Below are positions 10,072 through 21,251 of a DNA stretch of 32,000 nt, piece after piece. The stretch spans positions 30,001 through 62,000 of the forward strand of contig DQ158857.1 of the NCBI GenBank assembly GCA_000002455.1. The letters are read 5' to 3'. Position 1 is the first letter of the stretch. The number at the start of each line of letters is the position of its first letter. The translations under genes and the position numbers were made by a program. The notes beneath the pieces were generated by a model. The model was not told where the DNA came from and searched no databases. It saw only the letters and a program-made list of their open reading frames with translations. The stretch is from Bigelowiella natans nucleomorph (Eukaryota; Protista; Cercozoa).

Positions 10072-10779
10072 TTAAAATACAATGTAAGACCTACCCATAG
10101 TCCGTTTCATTGTAATTGTTTTTATATGTGAAACCTTCTTCTTTAATAATGATATCAAGAAAGAGACTACTATTTTTGCATTTTCTGTTACTTTTTCCTG
10201 TGCCATCCTTAGATCACCTACAACTACACCGGTACTAAAGTTTTTACGAAAATTTATTTTTACTTCTTTTAATATTAGTTTTATCTACTTTAATATTTAT
10301 ATACTTGTTCAGTAATAGGAATTGTGCTTGTTATTGAAAACGGGAATTTTCCAACTTTCGCTAGAGCTGGTCCTAGATATCTAGGTATTATTTTAATTAA
10401 GGATTCAGATGCTATGAAAACTTCGAACTTTTTGACTATTTTTTTCTTTTTACCTAATTTTTTAAGAACTTTTTTTTTGTTTTTTAGAAGCTTAATCTGA
10501 TTGATATCTAAATAGTATAGACCAAGGTTTTTTGCTTCGGTTATATGTCTTTGATCTGCGAGCATACAAATTTTAACAGCTCGTCTTGGTCCAAAGGGTA
10601 ATTTAACACCGCCGGATATTTTTTTATGTTTTTTAAAATTAATTGATTTTAAAGAAAAATTTAGTTCTACTTTTTCTATAAAATTTCTTTTCTTATTTAA
10701 ATCAGGGTTTTTTATATCTATCAATTTTTCTTTAACCCTTTATTGCTTTTATGAATTCTAATTTGCTGGTACTTGGCAT
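10072..10779 (-). CDS. rpl10A: 60S ribosomal protein uL1 (L10a)
   Basis: KKRNFIEKVEL, FIASESLIKIIPRYLGPALAKVGKFP and KRTMG. Three tiny introns including an in-frame 18-mer at 10436-10453. Confidence 0.95.
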
Positions 10780-10845
10780 ATAAAATTTTTATAATTAGTT
10801 TAATAATTAAATGTTATTTTAAATTTTCAAAATACATATCTTATA

Positions 10846-11019
10846 TTACACTGCCTGTATTTTTTTAACTCTTATGGACCGCTTTTTGAAAAGGATATTA
10901 AAGTGGCATATATTACATATAATATTGTCTTTAATACTTATTTCATTTGTAGCTCCACATTTACCGCATACATATTCTAAATATGTTTTTTGTTTAAACT
11001 TTCGTTCTGTATCCTTCAT
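10846..11019 (-). CDS. rpb12: Shared RNA polymerase subunit Rpb12 (RPABC4)
   Basis: 57 aa, intronless: EYVCGKCGATNEISIKDNIICNICHFNILFKKRS zinc ribbon. Below the ORF-track size cutoff. Confidence 0.92.
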   Translation of the reverse strand: MKDTERKFKQKTYLEYVCGKCGATNEISIKDNIICNICHFNILFKKRSIRVKKIQAV

Positions 11020-11084
11020 TCTTAAGAGAAGGGCTTAAATTAAAAAGTTCACCTTGAAAGATAAATGTAAAATTATTTTAATTA

Positions 11085-11737
11085 TTATTTTTCCAAGCAT
11101 AGTTTTAAAATTTGAACGTTACACGTGATTATTTCTTGCATGATTAACGAAAAATATTCTGCGTTTATCTATAAATAAAGATATTACATTTATTTTTTTT
11201 AAAGCAAGCGGCAAAGGATATTTAAGATAAATGGATAACTTAGTGCCATGATTTACTTTATCGTTCTTAAAGAAAACTCTTCCGCATATAGGCATACCGA
11301 AATTAGAGGAATTTTGAAATTCAAAATATTGGTTGTCTTTTTTATGTATAACTTTTATTGGTATAACACACTCTAGAGAAGGTAAGTTTCTAAAAGAAAA
11401 GTTGGAGTGTATTAAGGCATTAGAATTATCTTTAGAGATACCAATCTTATTAAATGAAAATTACTTGATAAATAAACGAATTCCAATACACCAGATTTGT
11501 AAAATTTAACATGTACTGGAAAACGTTAATAACAGGTTTATTTATTGAAATAGAAATGTAGTTTTCACAAATATCTGATATTTTATTTGAAAAATCAGTA
11601 TTACTAATAAAATTTTTTTGGTTATTAGACATGGGTAATTCGTTGTGTATGAGTTTTTTTCTTGTATATTTAACCGATAAAGTTCTTTTATGTTTTGTAA
11701 TTAGATATATATTTTTAACTGGAAATGTTTTTAGCAT
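11085..11737 (-). CDS. SRPBCC/START (polyketide cyclase-dehydrase-like) protein with transit-peptide-like N-terminus
   Basis: 19-nt introns at 11446-11464 and 11169-11187 give 204 aa. Segments ISISINKPVINVFQYMLNFTNLVYWNSFI, NQYFEFQ..FGMPICGRVFF and LSIYLKYPLP plus a C-terminal helix follow the cyanobacterial/plastid SRPBCC pattern. Confidence 0.6.
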
Positions 11738-11778
11738 ATTAATTACATAGTGTTTAAGTTAAATTAATAATGAAAGCA

Positions 11779-12195
11779 TCATGCATCTGGAATTACCTTG
11801 GAGAAGACTTTTATTACATTAAATCTTACTGTTTTTGATATAGGTCTGATAATAAAAAAATTACCTGCATTCAGCAATTATAACAATATCACCTACTTTA
11901 CAAGTTAATAAATTAGATAAATGTGCTGGGATATTTTTATGTCTTTTAACAAATCTGATTATAAGATTCTAACCTATTATATTTTTTCAAGAATTTCAAA
12001 TAATCAATTCTAATTATTACGGTGGATTTCATTTTGATTTTTCTAACTTTTCCCCTAAGTATTCTTCCTCTCAAATTTATTTTTCCATAAAAAGGACATT
12101 TTTTATCTATTTTATCTTCTATCTTATTAATAAGTACTATTTCTCAAAGGAATTTTTATTTTGAATTTATTTATCATACCTCCGGTAATTACCAT
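11779..12195 (-). CDS. rps11: 40S ribosomal protein uS17 (S11)
   Basis: [19 protein letters not shown] and [21 protein letters not shown]. Three tiny introns. Absent from the ORF track. Confidence 0.95.
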
Positions 12196-12226
12196 AATTA
12201 TTTAGTATTTTTAATAATAATTGTTT

Positions 12227-14519
12227 TTAATTATTAAGAAACACAACGAAGTAGCGTTGACTCCTAGAAATTTTAAAATGACCAGCTTTTTGTAGGTACT
12301 GTATAATTTCTTTCTTGCTTAGAGAGAAAAAGTATGAGGAAACTGTATTACAAAAGCTACTATTCTTTTAATGAATACTCGATTGGTAATATTAAAATTC
12401 TTCTATCTTTATTGCTTATGCTGTATTTTTGAGTTAGATTATCAATTAAAATTTCTTCAACAATGTTCTCAAAGAAATTTTTTCTGATAAATTTTAAATC
12501 GAAAAGATCTTCAAATTTTAATAAAGTTTTAAGTTGTACCCGTCGAGGTAAAGTCGATAGTTTGTTCGATAAAATAAATCTATTTTTAAAGTCTGTACTG
12601 ATATGAATTGAGAATATTTTTTAATTTGATAGTGTTATTTAATTCTAATTTTGCATTGGCAATTGAAATTTTTATCATTAAATAAAGAAATTTAAATCTA
12701 TAAAATTTAATGAGTCCTAACTTATCTCTTTTTCTAAGATCTCTATATAACTGAAATTAATATATAAACATGCATGATAATAGTAATATTAACTTTAGAA
12801 ATTGAGGGAAGAAAAACTCGATTAATAAAATTAAAATATTGTTTTAAAATAAGAACAGGTATAATTGGTGCAAAGCTATTTTTATTTCGTGAACCTTTTA
12901 GTGGTATATGCATCATGCTTCTTTTTATTTTTAAATGATTCATAATGGTACGTTTTAGAATAGCATAATGCTTCTATGAATTTCATTGAGAAATTATTCT
13001 CTAAAAATGATATTAACTTTATTTATACATACAATATCGAACACATTTAAACTTGAGATTTCTCTGTTAATATTATAGTTTAGTTTTTCTATACTATTGT
13101 AGTATCCAAGCTTAGGAAGACAGGTAGTGAGAAATTGATAACTCGGTATCATATTATTGAAAAAGGTAGTGATATTTGAATTTTTGTTATTAATTTCATG
13201 ATTATAAATACTCCTAGAATTCTTTATAAATAGATTAAAATCGTCAATAATTAGATGTTGAATAGTATAACAAAGTTTTTTAGCGTTACCTAAAAGCTCT
13301 ATTATATTTTTTGAATCTTTATTAATTATTAATCCTGAATTTTATTTTTCAACCTTTGATGAAAAAAGAATTAGGATAAATATTCTTTAAAAATTCTAGA
13401 TACTGAGTTTTTCCAGAATATTTATCACCAATTATCATTACTGATAACGGAGAGTCTAGAGATTTTAGCCATTTATTATCGATCTTAGATATTAATATGT
13501 AAAAACAGATAGTTTTCTTCACCATTTTATGTCCAATAATGGAAGGAGTAATGGAATTGTAAATTTTCGTTTTAATTCTTGAGTAAAAGCGAAATCTTTT
13601 AATAAAAAAGCTGTGGTTATTAATGAAAGGTGTATTATTTTTTTCTTTTGTGTATATTTGGATGAGATTGGAATCAAGATAATATTTAAATAATCCATCG
13701 AAGTTGAATGAATTTTTTTCTAACGAATTACTAACTTTCAAGCACCCTCTTTTATTTTATTCTACCTGTAATTGCAATAACATCTGAAATGTAAAAACAA
13801 TCAACGTACTCTTTATCTAACAAGGCAATGAGATTAAAATTTTCATAAAAAGAACTACTAAATTTGTTCGTCGATAACAATATTGTTTGAATAAATACTG
13901 CAGAATTGTTTGGATTGGTAAATTTCTTCTACAAATAATTTAACGTTGTTGATTTTATTAGATCTCTTTGACCTTTCATAAAAGTTATTTATAGTTTCCC
14001 TTTCTCTAAAATTATTATTGTCTATAAGTTTATTACAAAATATTAATTTTTTATTAAAAACTTTTTTTACGAAACCTACTGTTTTTATTAAGAGGTTAAT
14101 ATGAATATTTCTTTTTCTTTGAATACTACTTTAAATATATAATTTTCTCGATGATAGGAAAATCCAATATTCTAGTATTTATAGAAACATTTCGAAAATT
14201 CAGTGAATTAGATATTTTTAAAACTATTTTATAAATTGCTATGTTAAATAAATTTATGATTTTGTTAGGAAACTCTGAAAGCAAAAGAGAAATTAATGGC
14301 ATTTTATGTGAAAGATCTAAAAAGGATATAAAAAAGCTACTTTCATATCCTATTACTATTTAATTTACCCATACTATTAATTTTAAGCTGTTTTATATAA
14401 AATTCATGATTTTTTATGGATGAATCTAATAAAAAAGATTGAATTTTTCTGATTATATTCTTTAAAAATACTCTTTTTCTAAAAAGTTTTTTTATATTAT
14501 TTTCAGAAAACCGTATCAT
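12227..14519 (-). CDS. mcm2: Divergent MCM helicase subunit, most like Mcm2
   Basis: ATG at 14519 in frame with ESSFFISFLDL..LLLSEFP (Mcm2 ESLVVNYEDL..FLPEAP). Also SITPSIIGHKMVKK, Walker A-like GDKYSGKTQ, IPVLILKQY and LMIKISIANAKL. Many tiny introns. Confidence 0.78.
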
Positions 14520-14600
14520 ATAAAAGCAGCCTTTAAGCCTACTTTTTTTACTAAATTGTTATTGCAGCGATTTACTTATTTAATTAATTTTAGAAATTCT

Positions 14601-14784
14601 ATGACAAATAATATTATCCTTAACAATAAAACAGTTAAGCAAAATGAATATACGTGTTCAGTTTGTAAAATAACAATAATAAAAGGGCATGGTTTTACTA
14701 TTTTAAGATTAAAAAAGGTTTTAATTAAATTAAAAGAAGATATACTACTGCTCAAGAAAATGTAAAAATCGTTTAAAATACTAG
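14601..14784 (+). CDS. rpl24: Minimal eL24/Rlp24-family protein (54 aa)
   Basis: A 19-nt intron at 14718-14736 gives TCSVCKITIIKGHGFTILRLKKKIYYCSRKC, the L24e/TRASH signature. Confidence 0.8.
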
Positions 14785-14829
14785 CAGCTATTTTTACTTA
14801 TTTTGCATTGTTCTTAAATTTTATGGAAA

Positions 14830-15524
14830 TTACATCATAAAATATGAATTGTAATATTTTAAAATAATTAAATGTTCTCTGAATAAAAAAATGGATTTAG
14901 AAAAATAGCTAAATTTATGTGATAATTGAAAAATATTTTTAAAATAAGAATATTTGTTTAGTAATAGTAAAAAAAAATTATCTTTCTTAATCGTCTTTTC
15001 AACTTTTTTCCAAATATAAAATTTTTGATTGTAGCTTAATTCTTTTTTTAAAAGAAGAATCCAGTCTATAGATAAACTCTAAAAAATACTGTAGAAACTT
15101 GGTTATTTCGTAAATATTTATTAAAAAATAAATAATTCGATAAAAAATATTTATTGTTTTTTAATGAAGAACTCGTTTTTAGAATTATAATGAACCTTTC
15201 TGAAAAGTGGGTAATAAATCTTTTAAGCAACAGTTGTTTTATAATTTTGTTATTTTTTTCAAAGTTCAAACGAAGAGTTATTATTCTATAATTGAGTTGT
15301 CTAATGAAGGATGCAGGCTCTATATACATTTTCATGTTGTTAGTTTCTTGATAATGATTGTTAAATTTAGTTTTTTCAAGTAGAAAATTATTTTTTTTGT
15401 ATTCTTTAATTAAAGTTTTGTTGTTTTGTCTTGATGGGTGAAAATTATTGAAAAATGTATAGTCTTTAATATTCAAATTAGCTATGCTGAATATATTATA
15501 TGATATCGGATTTAGCGGTATCAT
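14830..15524 (-). CDS. Hypothetical protein
   Basis: 152-codon ORF plus a downstream open frame ending at 14830. The intron junction is not resolved. Confidence 0.5.
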
Positions 15525-15589
15525 GGTGTAATGGTTATCACGTTAGTTTAACATGCTAAAGGTTTTTGGTTCGATTCCAAATGATACTA
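15517..15589 (+). tRNA. trnV-AAC: tRNA-Val(AAC)
   Basis: GGTATCA TG GTGTAATGGTTATCAC G TTAGT-TTAACAT-GCTAA AGGTT TTTGG-TTCGATT-CCAAA TGATACT A. Confidence 0.93.
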
Positions 15590-15596
15590 TTGTATT

Positions 15597-16128
15597 ATGG
15601 CAAGAAACAAAGAGAAGGCACATGCATTATTAAATAAGTTCACGTCTTATAAAAAAAAAATTAAGGGATATTCCTTTCTCAGATCAAAGATTAAAGAAAA
15701 GAAAGATTTATATGTTTTAGAAACATATAAAAAAAAAAATGAGATTCTAAAAGTTATATCCAATACCTTGTTAAATATTTATAATGGTTATTCTTCATTT
15801 AAGTAAAATTTTCTTGTGTAGTAAAAAAAATATAGAATCATTAAAACATTCTATAAAAGAAAAATCTAAGATTGAAAGATTTCTAAAAAAAAACTCAATT
15901 GACAACAATAATATGAAAAAGATTAATAAAAATTATTTATTAATAAGGGGATCAAAAAAAATGCCTTATAATTTCACCAAAAAGTTTACTAAGAATAATA
16001 GATTATTTTTTTACTCGTTGAAGATTCCCAATATCACACTTTTATCAATTATCTCTGTAAAGAAAATGATGAATTTTCATTATTATTCTTTGATTATTTG
16101 TAAAATAAGGGAATTAGCAAATAATTAA
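15597..16128 (+). CDS. isy1: Pre-mRNA splicing factor Isy1 (NTC)
   Basis: Starts MARNKEKAHALLNKF (Isy1 MARNAEKA). A 19-nt intron at 15803-15821 joins both ORF pieces. Confidence 0.85.
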
Positions 16129-17693
16129 TGACTCCATATTTAATAACTCACTTGCAATTTTATAAGTTATGCAATAAATATTTTCAGTCGTATCTAATAA
16201 GTCCAAAATTCCTAGTTTATTAATCAACGAAAAGTTGCACAAAAGCGAATTAATGCCATATTTAGTATAGAAAAGTGTAATAAATTTAAAGAAGTAAATA
16301 CTTTTTTTTAATTTGTATGAATTAGAAAGCAGTATCTTAGGTATAGTAAATAAAGAATCAAGATAACAATATATTATTCTTTTATATTTTAACTCTCTTT
16401 TATAAAGAGATCTTATTAAGTACTTGTAAATGAAAAGCTCAATAAACCCAGAACCATAAGTGATCCGTGTATAGTCCGATAGTTTAGAAAAAATTTTTAA
16501 TGACGTAAAGAGTTGGCTTTTCAGTATTTTAAGATTAAAAGTTGTTCTTGCAATTAACATGATATTCAGGCATAGCGAGTAGTGTTTGTTTTCCATTAAG
16601 AAAAACCTTTTTCCATGAAATTCAAGTTCATAAAAGTACTTGATAATAATAGGTAAATTAGATTCTAGTGGTTTATTCTATAATAAAATTACCTACTTTA
16701 GGTTGGTGAGTTTTTGTTACGTAAGATTTTAGGGCAAGTACTTGATTTTTATCGCATTCTGTAATCAAATATATATTCTCTTTTATCAATTTTTTTTGAA
16801 GGGAAAGGTGAATTTTCTGATCAGTTATAATTATTTTATTACGATTATACTGATAATGACTTTTGTGGAAATGACTCTTTAGATTCATCATCAAAATATT
16901 TGGTGAGTTGGTAAAATCCTTAATAAGTCTTTCACTAAGCGCTCCAACTGAAAAAAAGACTAGATTGTTAACTAGTAATTTAGGAAAGAATATATTTCTC
17001 TTATTATTAGAAATAATTAATCCATTGAAAAAAAATATCGAAGAAAAGGCAACATTTTTTAGTACAATTATTGAAATCTAAAAGCTTATAACTGACTTTA
17101 TTGCTTTTTTTAATCTTTTTAGCTAAAAATTGTTTTTTGAAATTGATGACTAATTCTTTTGAAATAAAAGCAGAAATATCCTTATCTAGTTTAGTTTGTA
17201 ATATTGTTTTTATTAAATTATATTTTATTTTTGCATGTGCTTCATTTGCACGAACTCCAGCATTGTTAATAATTTCTAAACTTTTTGCAGTGCACTTTTT
17301 TAAAATCTTAAAAAATACATCTAACTTTAATTATGGTAGTCGAGGTAAAAAAATCATCCATAATAAAAAGGGAATTAACTATTATTTTGGAAACAAATAT
17401 TATCAATCTCAAGAGGCCGTCACTATTGTTGCATTGTATACTTAAAATGTGAATGAAAATAGCTTACTGAAAAGCTTGTAAGTTTTAAAATAGGATTCTT
17501 GGTCATTAATACTTTATAAATATTTAAAGTATCTTTCATAAAAATTACTTCTAAAATAATAAAAACTACCATCGTTGATTTGTAAATTCTTATATATACC
17601 GAAAGGTCCTAATATATTTTTAAAAAGTCTAATTAATTGCATAAAGCTATATGAAATTAAATATTTTATCTCTAATTTATCCAAGACCTCCAT
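16114..17693 (-). CDS. cct6: Highly divergent CCT subunit, most like zeta
   Basis: KNILGPFG..MKD..KNP, ILQTKL, YGSGFIE and LGILDL. Multiple tiny introns. Subunit assignment is tentative. Confidence 0.62.
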
Positions 17694-17804
17694 TTTTTTT
17701 AAAGCGCAATCTTTATTTCCATTATTTAAAGTGAATAAAATTATAGAAATTTTGATTTTAAGTTGTAATTTCTATAATGTTTAAGTACTTTATAATTTTG
17801 TATT

Positions 17805-18477
17805 ATGGGAACAGGAATTAAAATAATATCTTGGAAAGTAATTATATAAACATAGGTTATGAAGGAAATAGAATGCTGCTTTAGAATTAAAAAAGATCTA
17901 TTAAATCTATGCAGGTTAAAGGAAAACATAAGTGGATACTGTAAAAAAGCATTTTGTCCTCTAGTTCAAAGAGACTATGCTTTTGTTGAAAAGCAACAAG
18001 GTAAAATTTATCTGTACACAAAAAAGATGCAAAACAATTTACGAATTCATTGGTCGAAGTATCTTTTAAGCGAAAACTTTATCAAGGCTTTAGAACAACT
18101 AGAAGTAATTTTAAATAGGTGGCCTAAGTATTTTTTACATTTTAACAAAACTAAACTTACTATTCTTTATGATAATATTGTTTCAAGGAAAAAAAGACAA
18201 GAAGAGGGTAAACTATATATTGATTTAAATAAAAAGAAGTATCATTTTTCTATCTAGGAAAAATAAAATAATTAGGAAAGTACTTATAAAGAGGCATAAT
18301 AATTATGAAATTATGAAAAATATAAAAAAAGAGCTGTTGAAGAGGTTGAAGTCTGGTTTTTATGGAAATGTTTTTAAAAATTTCGGCTCTAAAAGCCTAA
18401 ACTTTAAAAAAAAGTCTCCATTGGAAACAAAATTACTGAATGTAAAAAGTTCTACTTACAAAAGTAATCTATCATGA
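17805..18477 (+). CDS. mak16: 60S biogenesis factor Mak16
   Basis: Introns at 17838-17855 and 18239-18257. Motifs CCFRIK..LCR..ISGYCKKAFCPL..YA and IKKELLKRLKSGFYG. Confidence 0.92.
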
Positions 18478-18489
18478 CCATTTTATATT

Positions 18490-19171
18490 ATTAATTACAA
18501 TAGAGGTTTTTAGTTGATCCTGTTGATTCTCTTGAATTTTTAAAATTAAAACCAAGCAAAAAATGTTTTTTCTTTTAATATTGATAATGTTAATAATTGA
18601 ATAAAAATATTGCAGTTTATAATAATTTAGTATTAAAGTATAGTTTCCTACATATAATGAGTGGAAAATTTGAATAGCGCCATGATAAATAAGATCTATT
18701 AAATAAAAGTTCTTTCTATAGAATCTAAAAACTTAATTAAACTTCAATTGGCTATAAAAATGCTTTCTTTTCATTTTTAAAGATAACAAAGTCATTTCCG
18801 AACAAATTTTCTCATAGAATTCATTACTCTTTTGTTTTTCACAAAGTCCTAATTTAATTCTTGTTAAGATATTTAAATTAAAGTTCTTGTTATATATATT
18901 TAGATTTAAAATTGTTTTCGTTAAATAAACTTTTTAATATATTACAACTAGAATAAAAGAAATTATTCATAATGTTATAAAAAAATGAGAAAATCGGAAT
19001 TATTAAATATGTTTTATAAGTTTTAATAAAGTTAGACTTCAATATACTAGAAGTCAGTTTAGACTTTTTTGAATATTTGAAAACATTGTTTTTGTTCATT
19101 TTTTTATAATTCTTAATTCCTAGGAAATGAGAAAGAGAACTACTGTTTTTATGCTGAAAGAATTCTTCCAT
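18490..19171 (-). CDS. Hypothetical protein, 3' end approximate
   Basis: 93-codon ORF from ATG 19171 followed by further coding-like sequence up to the mak16 end. Confidence 0.4.
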
Positions 19172-19215
19172 TCTATTTGTACAAGTATTATTTGTGTTAT
19201 CAATATAGATGTGAT

Positions 19216-20730
19216 ATGAGAGATCGTTTGTCTTTTTATAAAAATGAATACAAGTTACTATATGGTATTAACAATATTTTTAAAAATTCTCTAGGTCCTA
19301 AAGGTAATAAGTTCATAAAAAGGAAAGTATTATATAATTAAATATTTTGGTCGATACTTGATAATGTATGAAACAAAAACATTATTATATTTCCTATTTA
19401 ATAAGTCTACATACTATACTCACATCTTGCATGAAATTCTGATACATGCCGAAGAATTTCAAGATGGTGTAAAATATGTTAAATTAAATGGTATAGATAC
19501 TAGTAGTAATCACGGAAATTTTAAAGCAAATCAATAATAGACAAATATTCTATAATTCTAAAATTAAGATTAAACTTTTAACAATTTTAAAACTGGTACT
19601 TTTTTTATAAAAAGATTTTGAAATTCGTATCAAAAGCTAGTTTTTTACGTTCTCGGAATCTTGATATTAAGAATTTATATAATCAAAAAAAGTTTATTAG
19701 AATGCTTTCAAGAAGTGATATAATAGATTTTTCTAGAGATTTTTTAAGTATAGTCAGTACCCTTATTTATGACTATTATGCTAAATCTATCGATACAAAT
19801 CATTTAAAATCTATAAATATCATTAATCTTCGTATTGATAAATCAACCAAATTCTATATACTCAATGGCATGATTTATAAAAACGTAATAAAAAGCTATA
19901 GAAAATTTCTAAACAATACTAAAATAGCATATATCAAACAAACTAATTCTACTTTTAGATCTTCTACATTACGCTATAAAGAAAAGCATGTTTTCTCTAA
20001 ATTATTAATGGAAGAAAAAATTATGTACATAGATTTAATGAAAATATTTCAAAACAATAGTATAAACTGTTTATTAATATACAAAACTATTTCTGATACA
20101 TTATTAAAATTTTTTGAAAAGCATGAAATAATAATTTTGCAACCATCAAACGTGCACATTCTTACATCAATACTATCTTTAATTAAGGCTAAATCACTTC
20201 AGACTTTTTCTGAAAACTTTGAAATTTTAGTTGGAGTAGCGAGGTGTATATTTTCAAGGAGAATTGTCGACAATAACTATACTGTTATAAAACAGTATGA
20301 ATATTTATCGAATAAAAAATGCATGTTAGTAAATTTTTCAAATAAAGGATTCTACATGATGTTTAAAATTATGTTTTTTAAATTACTTAGTATCCTTACA
20401 ATCGCAAGGTATAAAACAAGATTAATTATAGCTGGAGGATTATTAGAAATAGGAATTATAAGATATTTTTTAAATATTAATTATAAAAATAAGAACAATG
20501 ATAACTTATTGTTGATACTTCTTGACAGCTTTGCAGTAATACCTTTTGAACTCTGTGGTGATACTATTTTATCACGAAATAAATTTATAAGAAAGAATAA
20601 TTGCAAAGATTGTTGGTTAAACTATTCTCATTATAACATGGTAAAAAATTTGTTAGAAATTTTTTTTATTAAATGGCATTCACTAAAAACAATTTTTTTG
20701 ATTTTAAGCAGGTTCCTACATGTAAACTAA
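19216..20730 (+). CDS. cct7: Highly divergent CCT subunit, most like eta
   Basis: KNSLGPKG, EEFQDGV, IIAGGLLEI and VIPFELC (eta IIPRQLC). Tiny introns in the 5' part. Confidence 0.68.
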
Positions 20731-20751
20731 TAATAAATTTTATAAGCATCA

Positions 20752-21251
20752 ATGAAAAATTCTATTAAAAAAGTTGTTTATATAAAATCTAAAGGAGGTC
20801 AAGTAGCCTCAGCCTCTGTTCTGGCACAAAAGATTGGTCCTTATGGATTATCACCTAAAAAGATAGGTGAAGATTTCGCTAAAAAAACTAAGAAAAACTG
20901 GGATGGTATCATTGTAACTATTAAATTAACTATAATAAAAAAAAATGCATATCTAAAAATTGTTCCTTCTGTGTCTTCTTTGTTGAAAAGAGAAATGCAA
21001 CTATATGGAAAAGTAATTACTGATTTTATTAGCCGTCAGTTTTAACTTTTAAGCAACTAATAAAAATTAGTAAAAAAGTACAGACTAAATCATACTCTAA
21101 AGCCTTTAAAGGAGTTGTTAAAGAAGTATTAGGAACTTGCTGTTCTATGGGAATATTAATTGACAGATTTAAGGCTAAGTCTTTTCTGAGAAAAGTATTC
21201 TTTAATATTTAGATTGAAAACGATGAAATCGCTATTCCAAAATCTATTTAA
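20752..21251 (+). CDS. rpl12: 60S ribosomal protein uL11 (L12)
   Basis: LAQKIGPYGLSPKKIGEDFAK and VKEVLGTCCSMG. 20-nt and 18-nt introns, stop at 21249-21251. Confidence 0.95.

Noticed and set aside
14384-14533. Nested inverted repeats suggesting a structured RNA
   Set aside because: The segment is the in-frame first exon of mcm2 (ATG 14519). The stems are explained by AT-richness.
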